Source of the DNA: Cyanophora paradoxa CCMP329 | Taxonomy: Eukaryota; Plantae; Glaucophyta | Assembly (NCBI GenBank): GCA_004431415.1 | Contig: QPMI01000596.1 | Span: forward strand, 1 to 64,000 | Direction: 5' to 3' | DNA: 64,000 nucleotides | Part shown: positions 23,801 to 36,489 of the stretch, piece after piece | Layout of the letters: every line of letters begins with the position of its first letter | Numbering within the stretch: the stretch's first letter is position 1 | Notes under the pieces: generated by a model | The model's database searches: none | Seen by the model: the letters and a program-made list of their open reading frames with translations, nothing else | Told to the model about the DNA's origin: nothing | Program-made: the position numbers and the translations under genes

Positions 23801-25068
23801 ACCGCATGGATCGCGCGACCCGCTGATTGCTGATTGCTGACCGGGCAATTCGTTCCCGTTCTAGCGATCCGCTCTAGCGTCTCGTTCGATCCGCTGACCG
23901 ATCCGCTCTAGCGTCTCGTTCGTTCCCGCAATTCGCGTTTGGCACAATTTCTCGCGCGATCCGCTGATTGCTGATTGCTGACCGGGCCGGGTTGGGCGGG
24001 GCAAGAACGAAACGCTAGAGCGGGCGCAGGCTTTCTTGCTAGGAATCTAGGATCTAGGTTCCAATGTGATGATCTTGCTAGGATCTTGCTTGGCACAATT
24101 TCTCGCGCGACCCGCCGATTGCTGACCGGGCGGGGTTGGGCGGGGCAGGCGTTCGCGACGTGGGGCGTGGAGACGGCCCACGAGGACGACAGCGAGCGAG
24201 CCGTGCGCCCATTAGCACTAACATTCTCCGTAATAGAACTCTTTGAAACTCTATAATAGAAATCTCAACGAGTTCCATAGAACTTCCATAGTTCCATAGA
24301 CGGCCCACGAGGACGCCTATTGACACTTCTCTCTCTCTAGAGAACTTTCCAAGGAGTTCTATAGAACTCCATAGAAACATGACTAGAAAGAGGGGGCTCT
24401 CGCCGGCAATCGTTAGACGCTACGGCCCCACGCTACGCTACGTTACGCTACGCTACCTGTCTCCGGCGACCAGGCGGCCTCTCTAGCTCTCCCCGCCCCG
24501 CCCCGGCCCGCCCCGCCGCGCCAGTTCCCACGCGCCAGAAGCTAGACGCAGTTGTTCCATGTCGCGGTGCCTTTGCTTACTTCAACTGTCCCGCCTCGCT
24601 TAGGTGATGTCGGCGCTGCGGGCCCGGGACGCGCTGGTGGCGATGGGCGAGGCAGCCCCCGCGACGGGCGTCACGACCGGCCGCGCGTACTGCGGCCTCC
24701 TCGGCTGGTACGAGTCCTGTTCATAAGCCTCAAGGACAAGAGGATCCATGACTAGGATGATAAGTTTTAGAGAGTCTTCAATCTACCTAAGAGAAGCCTA
24801 TCGAAGAGTCTATCTCCTCGGCTGGTCGCGCCGCGGCGCCGCGCGTCGCCGCGCTTTGCGTTCCGTTGTTCGTGTGTTCGTGGGGCTGGAAGCTAGCTAG
24901 CTACCTACGATAAGACTCTAGGATGCATTACATCGATGATGCGCGCCAAGCCCGGACAGATCGGCGGGCCGTGTCCGTTTATTCGTTTCGCGCCCTGAGA
25001 CCCTCCCGCCCGCCCGCCCCTCGCAGCGCGCACCGATACGACTACTCCGTCCTCGGCGACACGGTCCG

Positions 25069-25104
<36 letters not shown>

Positions 25105-26474
25105 TCCTCTCCCCTCCCTCCAAAGATCGGACTCTTGGCTGTCCCGAGGCACGTTAAGCTAGCTAGATCAAATCGATCAAGATCTTCACTCGACTAGACG
25201 CCTAGACGCCACTGAGCAGTCTGACCGGTCTGAGCCCTCCCTCTGACCCGCCTGAGCTCAGATCAACGTGGCCTGTCGCCTGATGGGAATGGGCGCCGGC
25301 CTCGTCGTCGACCAGACGACTGCCTCGCTGCTGCCCCAGCCGCCCTTCGTGCTCAGCCCCGTCGGTGCGTCGACCCGACTTCTAGCTAGCTAGCTAGCAG
25401 CACCAGCCACGCCAACCTGACGCTGCCCGTCTTTCTTCGTACGTTTGTAGGGCGCGTCATGCTCAAGGGGAAGAGCGAACCTCAGCCTGTATTCAGGGTC
25501 GAAGGCGCGAGGTCCGTCCGTCCTCCATGCTCCTGCTCCTGCTTCTGCTGCTCCCCTGCCCCTGTTCTGAGCGGCTCCCGCTTCTCCTGCTGCAGGGCGG
25601 GCCGGTCGACGTCCACGCGGGGCAACGGAAACGTGACTCCGCGGGGGAGCTACCAGCAGACGCGGGCGGACCGCGACCAATCCCCTAGTCACCGGTGCGT
25701 TGACTGGCTGATGGCTAAATTTAGAAAGGAAGGAAGGGGGGGGGGGAAGCACGCCTCTAACAAAAACTTCGTTCGCAGCGCCAGGCGAAGGCCTGCGTCG
25801 CTGATCCTGGGGCCCTCGGGCGCCGGCGCCGCCCCACGCTACGCTACGTTACGCTACGCTACCTGTCTCCGGCGACCAGGCGGCCTCTCTAGCTCTCCCC
25901 GCCCCGCCCCGGCCCGCCCCGCCGCGCCAGTTCCCACGCGCCAGAAGCTAGACGCAGTTGTTCCATGTCGCGGTGCCTTTGCTTACTTCAACTGTCCCGC
26001 CTCGCTTAGGTGATGTCGGCGCTGCGGGCCCGGGACGCGCTGGTGGCGATGGGCGAGGCAGCCCCCGCGACGGGCGTCACGACCGGCCGCGCGTACTGCG
26101 GCCTCCTCGGCTGGTACGAGTCCTGTTCATAAGCCTCAAGGACAAGAGGATCCATGACTAGGATGATAAGTTTTAGAGAGTCTTCAATCTACCTAAGAGA
26201 AGCCTATCGAAGAGTCTATCTCCTCGGCTGGTCGCGCCGCGGCGCCGCGCGTCGCCGCGCTTTGCGTTCCGTTGTTCGTGTGTTCGTGGGGCTGGAAGCT
26301 AGCTAGCTACCTACGATAAGACTCTAGGATGCATTACATCGATGATGCGCGCCAAGCCCGGACAGATCGGCGGGCCGTGTCCGTTTATTCGTTTCGCGCC
26401 CTGAGACCCTCCCGCCCGCCCGCCCCTCGCAGCGCGCACCGATACGACTACTCCGTCCTCGGCGACACGGTCCG

Positions 26475-26509
<35 letters not shown>

Positions 26510-29500
26510 TCCTCTCCCCTCCCTCCCAAAGATCGGACTCTTGGCTGTCCCGAGGCACGTTAAGCTAGCTAGATCAAATCGATCAAGATCTTCACTCGAC
26601 TAGACGCCTAGACGCCACTGAGCAGTCTGACCGGTCTGAGCCCTCCCTCTGACCCGCCTGAGCTCAGATCAACGTGGCCTGTCGCCTGATGGGAATGGGC
26701 GCCGGCCTCGTCGTCGACCAGACGACTGCCTCGCTGCTGCCCCAGCCGCCCTTCGTGCTCAGCCCCGTCGGTGCGTCGACCCGACTTCTAGCTAGCTAGC
26801 TAGCAGCACCAGCCACGCCAACCTGACGCTGCCCGTCTTTCTTCGTACGTTTGTAGGGCGCGTCATGCTCAAGGGGAAGAGCGAACCTCAGCCTGTATTC
26901 AGGGTCGAAGGCGCGAGGTCCGTCCGTCCTCCATGCTCCTGCTCCTGCTTCTGCTGCTCCCCTGCCCCTGTTCTGAGCGGCTCCCGCTTCTCCTGCTGCA
27001 GGGCGGGCCGGTCGACGTCCACGCGGGGCAACGGAAACGTGACTCCGCGGGGGAGCTACCAGCAGACGCGGGCGGACCGCGACCAATCCCCTAGTCACCG
27101 GTGCGTTGACTGGCTGATGGCTAAATTTAGAAAGGAAGGAAGGGGGGGGGGGAAGCACGCCTCTAACAAAAACTTCGTTCGCAGCGCCAGGCGAAGGCCT
27201 GCGTCGCTGATCCTGGGGCCCTCGGGCGCCGGCGCCGAGGGGGCCCCCGGGGGGGGCGGCCTGGGCTGGCGCCGCCCCTCCGTCAGCGGCGCCGGGCTCG
27301 GGAGCTCCTCGTACCCCACACCCCTCTCCCCCGTCCTCCGTGCTCTCCACTCCAGGTCCGTGTACCCCCCATCAGGCTCCGAGTTTTCTAACACTCGCTC
27401 GCACGCAGCGGGAGCCCCCTCTCCCGATCCATCAAGCGTACCCCTCCCGTGCCCAGGATAGAAATGTGCGCGACCGGTCCCCAGGCCCCCGGGCCCGCCC
27501 CTTCGCGCTGCGCCCGAGCCGAGCCGAGCGTTTCTTTGCCCTTCGCCGCCGCAGGCTCGACGCCTCTTCGAGCGAACCGGAGCCCGTACCCCCTGCCGGT
27601 CCCTCCTCGCCCGCGGGACACAGAGCGACCGCCGGCGCCGGCGCCGGCCCCAGCGGCCGCCCCTCGTCCTCCAACGGCCTTCTCCCCGCCTCCACTTCCT
27701 GGGCCGCCAAGAGCGCACGAAGGCTGCCCCAGCTCTCCTGGAACCCCCTCGAGCCGGCGCGTACCCCCCTCCCCTATCTATCTCATATTTGATCTGAGAG
27801 CCTGACGTCGTACCCCCCGCAGTCAAAGAGCTTCGTCGGGCGACGGGCGGCCCTCCAATCTTTAGAAGACTTCGTTCTCTCCTGCGACGGCCTCCGGCCC
27901 CTGCTACCCGCCCAGGCCCCGCCCCCCCCCATGCGACAACAGCTCTCGGACACCCCCGTACCCCGCGTTCTTCTCATCGAGGGCGAGGTGCCGTACCCCC
28001 TCCCCCAGCGCCGCCCCGCTGCAAGGATCTCCTGGGTTCGAATCCGCCGCAGGCCGGTGTCGGGAAGTCAGCCCTGGGTAGGCTCGCTTGCTCCTGGCTG
28101 CCGACCATCGCTTCTGTACGTGTACTCGTTTGCTCCGCTCCCCCAGCCGAAGGCTCCCAAAGGTTCGCCTCGTGTACCCCCTCGTCAGTCGCGCCCGCCC
28201 TCCAACGCGGTGCCCGGCAGCCCCAGGGGCGCACTCGGTCCCGACAGTGTACCCCCCTTCTTCCCCTTCCGCGCCTCCTTCGCCGAGACCCTCGGCCTCC
28301 AGGTTTGAATCAGCCCGGGACCCGTTTCTGCCCTTCTCACCGTACCCCCAGTCCCTCCTCGCAAGCCGGCTCCACGACGAGCCCACCTCCACCGAAGATA
28401 CCCCCCACGAATTCCCCAAGGAGGACGAGGTACCCCCTCGCTTCTTCCCCCCCCTTTCCGTTCCTGATAGCCGTCTACCCCCCCACGCAGGTCCTCGACG
28501 CGTCTGCCCCCCACTCCAACAGCAGTAGCCCCCGCTCCTCCCACCACCTGCCCTCGTGCGCACTCGCACCGTCGTCGTCGTCGTCGTACCCCTGATCCCC
28601 CCCCCCTCTCCACCTTCAGCTTTGTGCTCGGCCCGTCTCTCTGGGAACGAAACAACGCCCATCTCGACGACCCGGGCTCGGACCCCGAAATGGCCGCTGA
28701 TGCCCTCCGCGCGGTCGTCAAGGCGCGTACCCCCCTCCGGTCCTCCATCACGTACTAGTACCCACCCCTCTGACGTCCCCCCCCCCCCCCCCCCCCCCCC
28801 CCCAAAACTAGGCCGTCGTCCAGCTGGACCCGTCGCTCGCCATCCACGCGGAATTCATAACGGCCGCCCTCGGCCTCGCGCCGTTCCCGGGTACACTGTT
28901 TTGCTTTTTTTCACCGCACCCGTTTTCGCGTACCCGTCGAACCGCCCTCCTCACTCACTCGCGCCGCGACCGCCCCGCAGCCGATTCCGCTGGCGGTCTG
29001 GCGAAGATGCGATCCGTGCGTACCGCCCCCCCCCCCGCGGCGTGATCTGCGTTCGATCCCGTACCCCGCAGGTCCTCGCCTCCCTGCTATCTTTATCCAT
29101 CGCGCGGGAGCCGACCGTTCTGTTCCTGGAAGACATTCACCGGTACCGCCGGGCCCCGCACCCCCGCGCCGCCGGGCCGAAACGGGCCCCGCGCAGATTC
29201 GACCCGCCGTCTCTGGAGCTGCTGTCGGAGCTGCGGAGGCTGCCGAACGGGCCGGCGGCGGTCATCGCGACGGCGCGGCCCGAGGACGGCTCGCTTCCCT
29301 TAGCACATTTGAGGACAGAAGCGCACACGTGCTCGATCCACCTTGGCCCTATGTCCGAGTCCGAGACCTGCGACCTTATGTGCTCGGCTCTGAACGTGAC
29401 TGCCCCCTCGGAGCCCACCAACGCGAACGGTGCGCCCGAGATTCGAGATTCGGTTCCTGGATCGAATTCGAATTTGATCCGCGGGCCGCAGCCCTCGCAA

Positions 29501-32500
29501 GTCTGCCGGAGCGGTGGCTCGCGCACGTCGTCCACGTGCAGGTACCCCCCTTCTTTTTCTTTCTTTTTCTTCCATTTTTCTACTCTCCTTCAACGTACCC
29601 CCCTCTCTTCCAGTCCGGGGGCATCCCGCGGCGTACCCTGGAGACGCTCGCCCTCCTCCTTGCCAACCGGACCATCATCGTCTCCCGAGTGCGCACGTAC
29701 CCCCTGCCCCCCCTCCCGTGCCCGCGCTCAAGATGTCCCGTACCCCCCCAGGGCCGCTTGAAGATCTTTTCGGTTGAGGGCGTTGCGGAGGTTGTCGATC
29801 TCGCTACCCCCCGGTGCGCTGTTGGTTTTATCCTTTCGGAAGGCTTTAGTACCAGAGGGGCTCCGGATAGGCTCACATGAGAGGTTTCGGGCTCGGGTGC
29901 TCCTCCAGGCTTACTCGCTCCGCCCGACAGGGACCCGGAGTTCGGGGCCTCGCCGGAGTCGACCCCGCGCCCGCCGGCCCCGTCGCTGACGAGCTCCTCG
30001 AGCCTGCCCGACTCCTTCGACAAGCTCATCATGAGCCGCCTTGACGCGTGCGCCCCGGCCGGCCGGATCAAATCCTGGCCCAGCCTGAGCGCTTTCGAAT
30101 CTTTCTTGGCTGAGCGCGGGCGATCAAATTTTGCCTGGACGGGTACAGGATGAACAAGGAGGCTTCGCTCGTGATCACCCTTCTCGCGGTCTTCAACGGC
30201 CTTTTTACGGTGAGATGACGTAGGTTAGATCTACTAGATGGTTTAGAGTCTGGGTCTAGCTCTAGATTCGTGATCGTGTTTCGTGAGTCGGCGAATTGGC
30301 CAATCTAAGAAGATGAAGAGAACCCTAAGACCGAGTCACGGCTCTGAGCCGGGCCCGCCCCGCCCCCACGAGTCGGCGCATTAGCCAATCTAAGAAGATG
30401 AAGACGCGAGACCGAGTCGCGGCGCTGAGCCTTCGTTCGCAGGCGAGCATGGCGGAGGACGTGTGCGGGCCGGAGCTGGGCGAGCCCGGGCGCGTCAAGG
30501 GCCGCCTTGCCTCCCTCGTCTCCGGCGGCTGGCTCGCCCAGGTCTACCCTCTCCTTTCCTTCTTCGTTCTTTTCGTTTCTTTTCTTTCTTTCAAGGCTGA
30601 GCGCGGGGTGCGCGCAGAGGAGGATACGATCCCCGAGCGAGGCGGCGGCGGCGGCGGCCGCGTCGGCGGGGGGGGGTTCTGGTCCCTCGGACGGCACAGC
30701 AGCGGACGGCCTTGGCGACACCGTGAGGCCTGTCACGCGGGTGCGTGCACTCTCGCGCTGCTATGGCCGTCAGAGTTCTAGCCGCTTGACGTTCTAGCCG
30801 TCTGACCTGCTTTGGAGCCGGTCGACGGCTAGAGCCGCTCTCGCATGCGCTGATCGCAGTACCCCTCACAGGGCGCTCGAATCGCCTTCTGCTTCCTCCA
30901 CGAGGGGACCCGCGAGGTTCGCCCCACTGGGCGGGAGTCTTCTCCTCCTCCTCCTCCCCCTGCCGAACGCCGTTCCCCCTCAGGTGGTGTACCTGCGGCT
31001 GATGGGCGAGAAGCGGGCGGAGCTGCACGCGCGGGCGGCCGCCGCCCTGGAGGCTCTCCCCTGGTCTGAGCGGGAGGTCTGCCCTTTGCGCACGCTGCGT
31101 TGGGGGCCCTTCGAGAGCCCCCGTACCCTGGTCGAGCCCGCTCGCTCGCAGGCGCTCGGCGTGAAGCCCCTGGACCTCGCATCGCACTACAGGGCCTCCG
31201 GGAACGCCCGCGCCGCGGTACCCCCCTTCACCATTCATTCTTTTTTCTATTTTTTCCTTTTCTGAAGTTTCCTTCCTTTTTCTCTCAGATCCGGCAGCTG
31301 ACGATCGCGGGGACGGCGGCGGCCCGCTCGGGCTCCTTGGAGGAAGCCATTGCCGCCCTGGAGGGCGCCCTGGACCTCGAGGCCTCGAGGGGGTACGCCG
31401 CCCTCCGTCCGCACCGTGACGTCACGGAGCCGCCGCTGAGCCGCCGGGCCGCAGGCCGTCCGCTGTCCGCGTACCCTCCCTGGCCCCCGACGAGGTGAGC
31501 GGGGGAGAAGGAGGGGGGGTGGGAAAGAGGCGATCTAGGAAGCCGAGTGTGAGGCGTGTACCCCGTCCTCGCTTCACGGCCCTTTTTCCCCGCGTTTAGC
31601 GGTGGGACGTCATCGAGTTGCGAACGTCACCGGACGAGTCGCCCGAACAGGCGCCGAGCCGCCGCGCGCAACGCGCCGCTCCGCGGGCGGTCCGCCTGAT
31701 GCGGTACCCCCCTCAGATGAGGGAACGGGTCGGGAGGCGGGTCCTGCTCGCACGGGTACTGCGAATCGCGGGGCGCCTCAACGACTGCCGCAACGTCTGC
31801 GAGCGGTGCGCTACCCCTCCGGTCGGGGGGTACCGTGCGTCGCGCTGACCCGGCGGGGTACAGGGTCCTCGTCGCGTGGCCCGAGACCGCGGCGCACATA
31901 AAAGGGGCGCGGGGCGCGGGGCCGGCGCGGGCGGGCCGGGTGGCGGCCGGGGCGCGGCGGCTCTCCCTCGGGACGAGGCGGGCGCTGCTCTGGACGCGGG
32001 CCGTCGCCTCGGCTGCCACGTGCGCTCCCCCCCCCCTCCCCCCCCCTCTCCCTTTAGGCTTGCCGGAGGCTGCGCGCGCCGGCCCGACCATCTAACGCGG
32101 TACCCCCAGGTACTCCCCCTCCCCCTCGGGGATGCAGGGTCTTGGGAGCGACGCCCAATCCGCCGCCTCGTGGCCGTGCGCCCCGTACCCCCCCCGCTCT
32201 TCCGCATGCGTACCCCCATTCCGACGGCCTTCGTTCGCAGGGGCGCGCGTTGGGCGGCCAGCTCTGCCGAGCGTGACGCCGGCTCCGAGGTGCGGTACCC
32301 CCCCCCCGCACCTGTCCCTAGACCATTGCGGGCGCGCATCTGACGGGCCGTACCCCCAGGTCGGGCTGGGGGGTACCGATGAGGACTCTCGGGACGAGGC
32401 GCTCGCGGTCTACGAGCTCGCATTGCGGTACCCCCTCCCCCTCGTCCCCCTCCTCTTCCCTCCGCCTCCCCTTCCTCACGCCCTGTACCCCCGGCAGGCA

Positions 32501-34812
32501 CGCGGGGGACCACTCGGGGGCTGCGCACGCGGCGCTGCTGCGCTGGTCCCTCCTCGGTCGCCGCCCGCAGGTGCGACTTGATCCATCCGATCGCCGTCCC
32601 TTCTTCTTCGCGACCCCGTATCTGTCTAGAGAGAACGCCTACCCCCCTCCCCGCGCCCTGCCCAGTCCTGGGCTCATCTGCGCTTCGCCCCGCCCCCGCG
32701 CCCGCCCCCGTCCCGTCCCGCCCCCGCCCTCTGCTCACCGCCCCGCCCCGCTTTTCCGATCGCAGGCGGCGCGGGTGGCGGAGGCGGCGTCAAGAGCCGC
32801 CGCCGCCGTCGACTGGTTCGCCTTCGGTGCGCCCGTACCCCCCTTCCCCCTCCCCCTCCCCCCCATCCCCCCTCTCTGACCTCGCCCCCCCCCCTTCCGC
32901 TCCAGGGGGCCGCGTCGGGGCCGCCGCCGCCAGCAAGCTGCGCGCGCTTGCCTGCGCCACCGCCGACCGGCGCGTCTTCCCCGCCCGCCCGCCCTTTCTG
33001 CCCGCCCTTTCTGCCGGCGTCTGATCCTGTACCCCCTCTTTTCCCCATCCCGCAGGCTACCCCCCGTGGGGCGCCTCCTCGCCCACAAGGCCGCCGTCCT
33101 CGAGGCCGAGGCCCAGGTACCGCGTACCCCCCCTCCTCTTCTTTCCCGCCTCGCCTCGCCTGCCTGCGCCTCGCCTCGCCCAACCGCCCTTGCGCCCGCG
33201 GCAGGCGCACATTCTGGGCTGCCGGGCGGAGGCCGCCGCGGCGACCGCCAAGCAGGGCGTCCTCCTCGCCCGCCAGGTCCTCCCCATCCCCCCCCTTCCC
33301 CTCTTCCCCCCCCCCCCCTTCGGTCTTATCTGATCGCGGTACCCCGCTGCGCAGTTCGGGCGGCCCTCCCTCACCCTCTCCCTCCACCTCCTCGAGGTCC
33401 TCGCCCTCTACTGTGCGCACCCGTACCCCCCTCTCCGCCCCCTCCGCGCCATGCTGTACCCGTACCCCTCGCCGAATCGCGTACCCTCTATTCCCCAGAC
33501 GGCGGGAAGCTGCGGGACTGCAGGGAGGCCACCGAGCGCCTCCTTTGGCACACGTCGTCGCTTCGCTCGCAACCCCACGCCTGCTGGGCCTCCATGTGCG
33601 AACGGCGTACCCCCCCGGACCTCCATCCCGCCCGTGACGCGGCGGGCCCCGTAGCGTTCTGGCGCTGGTTCAGATGGCGGCGGGGGAGCACCCGGACGCG
33701 ATCGAGACCCTCGAGGTCCGCTTACTCTCAGTTTGAATTCGAAAACTTGAATTTGAATATTTGAATCGTGAATTTGATCCGCGCGCTGCAGCGCGCCACG
33801 ATCCTGGCAAAGAGCCTCGGCACTGCCGGGAGGGCGCCAGAGGGCGGCGGCGCGGCCGGCGGGCGGGCGGGGGCCCCGTTCATCCTGGATACCGGAATGA
33901 TCTCCGAGCGCCGGGCGGCATGCGCCTTGCTCGGCTACGCAGTCGGAGAGGTTTGTACCCCCGGCCCCCCCCGCCCCCCCCCCCCCCCCCGCCCCCCCCC
34001 CCCCCCCCGCCCGCCCCCGCCCCTGAGTTCGCTTTCGCCGCAGGCGTGCAATGAGGGCACGCTGGCCGAGTCGGCGCTGGCGGCGTCCCTCGATTCCCAG
34101 TACACGTGCGCGGTGCCGGTTCGAATCCGGCCAGGCCCGCTTTCTGAACGGACCGCAGCTACGCGAGCGAAGCCGCGCGGCCGGGCGGAATCGACCCCGT
34201 GCTCGAGGCTCCGGCTGTCTGCGCCCTCCTGGTGCGTGATTCGATCCGGGATTCGATCCGCGATTTGATCCGAGATTTGATCGGCAGGACGCGCTGGCCA
34301 AGTCGCACGCGCGGCTGGGCGAGGAGCTAGCCGAGGGTCCCGAGGGGCTCAAACGGGCCCTGGCACGCCGCCGCGCACTCCGCCGCCGTCAGTTCGCGGC
34401 GGCCTACGCGCTGCTCTCTGACCGCGCGGGGCCCGGCGCCGACCTGCTCACCGTACCCCTCATGCTCTTCGGTACCCCCCACCCCAATCCCGCCCTCCAG
34501 CTCGTCCAGCGCGCGGCGGGGCTGACGGGCGGCCGGCCGCGCAGCGGCGGTGCGGGAGCGAGAGTTCAAGGGGCGCCGGCGGGCGGCCGCCCGTCTGGCC
34601 GAGCGGGCGCGGGCGGCCGCGCGGGCCCGCGGCCTCACGATATGGGAGGTGCGGTGGGCCCGGGGGGAGGGGGGGTACGCCTTCGCCTTCCCCGCCTTGC
34701 TGCTGACGAGGGGGGTACGCAGGTTCGGGCGCTGCAAGAGCTGCACGCGCTGGATCCGGGGGCGGGGCACGCGGGGCGGGCCGGCCTGCTGGTCGCCGCC
34801 GCCCTCTCATGA
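20891..34812 (+). CDS. Soluble adenylyl cyclase (ADCY10-like): tandem class III cyclase domains + STAND NTPase + helical/TPR-like tail; many introns
   Basis: LLVADLSGFSALS, DAVKFAGDA, LHCALGMG (C1); FLVDDKG, AHEDDSERA, VGVTTGRAYCGLLG, YSVLGDT|INVACRLM, LKGKSEP (C2); FVGRRAAL, LLIEGE|AGVGKS (Walker A), LFLEDIH (Walker B), SLPDSFDKLIMSRLD, FLHEGTRE|VVY. Confidence 0.88.
24425..27236 (+). repeat. 1406-bp near-perfect tandem duplication (24425-25830 / 25831-27236)
   Basis: Identical ORFs offset by 1406 (24552/25958; 25459/26865); differences seen only around the poly-C run. Confidence 0.95.
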
Positions 34813-35663
34813 GCCCCTATTACCCCTATTATTCTTCGTGATCCGCCCCGTACCCCTCCGAGGCTCCCCTCTCCCGAGGGCCCCCCCGCCCCCTCTCAAT
34901 TTTGGTGCTTTCTGCACCCTATTTCGCTTATTCTCTTCTATTTGTGGGAATTCGGCGAGCCCTCAATAGCAGTGTACATCTTGTTATTGTGACTGTTAGA
35001 CATTGTGGATAGATGTTCAGGCTCTTTTTTGCACTCCCTCATAATACGTACACATAGATAAGTGCTTTTCTTCTTCATTCTTGCGATATGCGTGTGCAAA
35101 TCACATCATCGAATCCTTGTTGCCGTGCGCCTCCTCAGCTCTTCCGAAGTTCTCCCATCACTTCACTGACTCACCGAGTCAAGTAGCGTGTGTCTTTTCT
35201 GCCTCGATCGGAATTTCAAGATTCCTCGCGCGGATTTACTGAGTGATCCCACGAGTTTCAAGAATCATGAATTTTTGAGCCTTCAAGCCTTGAAGGCTTC
35301 CCATATGCGCCCCCTTCCGGCGGGCAGTTGTTAGGTCAATATCGTTGCAGTATAGTTAGTGTGGTATTCGATATGCGATTATTTGATGAGTCGTGCAGTG
35401 CGCCATGCGTATGCGCATGCTGATTATCGAATCTAGACCGCTTGAAGTCGCTGAGCTACAGCTAGACTAGCGCTGCCCGCTACAAAGTTTTCCGCAGACT
35501 ATAGCTTTACGACAGCTCTAGCCTATAGCTAACAACAGTGCTGGTAATTATAGCCATACTATTTTTGAGGTCTTTTCGTTTGCGTATACATACAATTGCC
35601 ACAGTGTGCCTAATTGATATTCATCATTTTGATGCATTACTTCCATTTGCGATCGGTGCCGCA

Positions 35664-35866
35664 GTCAGGATAGGGGATGAATGTACATGTTGACATGCGT
35701 CCAACGCCGAAGGGAGGGAAAACACGCACGCGCAGCGCCCAGGCCGCCGGGCTGAATCCGCCGGCTCCGGAGGGTCGGCGAAGCCCGGGGCCCCGCCTCC
35801 GCCGAACTGGGTCGGGGACGGGGCCGCCGCCGGGAAACCGCCGGCCCCGAACTGCATGTCGGGGGT
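35664..35866 (-). pseudogene. Diverged ~200-bp copy of the nucleoporin 3' exon/intron (39712-39910)
   Basis: MQFGAGGFPAAAPSPTQFGGGGAPGFADP versus MQFGAGGFQAAAPSPTQFGGGGAPGFADP; the copy includes intron sequence. Confidence 0.85.
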
Positions 35867-36489
35867 ATATATACATCTCTAGATCTGTTATAATTAAGGT
35901 GAATAGAAATCTAATATTGATAGCAGTGTAACTCTGTAGCTAACATGTATGTAGTAAGGGGGGTCTCTCCTAGTGCGTGCCCACCGGTGCACCCCATGGT
36001 CATCTCCCTCCCTGCTATTCACTCTTCGCTGGGCCTTGCAAATGTTGAAACAACAGCTACATATTTATTGCTCCCGAGACCACAGATCACACCCTCGGAG
36101 TCTTGACTTCATCATTCGCAATCAAGATCGGGCGGGCCGGGGTTTAATAAGAACTGCCTGCCAAAACCCCACGTGCACACGCACTAGAACTGCGGCACAG
36201 GCCAAGCTACTGGACAATCATGATCAGCTCGCCGTCGGCCGCCTCAACCCCGCCGTATACCTCCGCCTGCACACGCATGTGTTGGTAACCGGTGGCCGTC
36301 AGTCGCGAGCAGCGGATCCGTAGGCACGCGAACCGCGATTTCGAGCTCCGCGTCAGCCTCCGCCTCGGCGACGGCAGCGTCCATATCGAGATCCTCCTCC
36401 ACCGCCTGTGATAACATTCGACGGCCAGGCACATCAATTAGACGCCGACTAGTACTCGGGGCAAATTGAACTGAAAGTTGAACGTTGAC

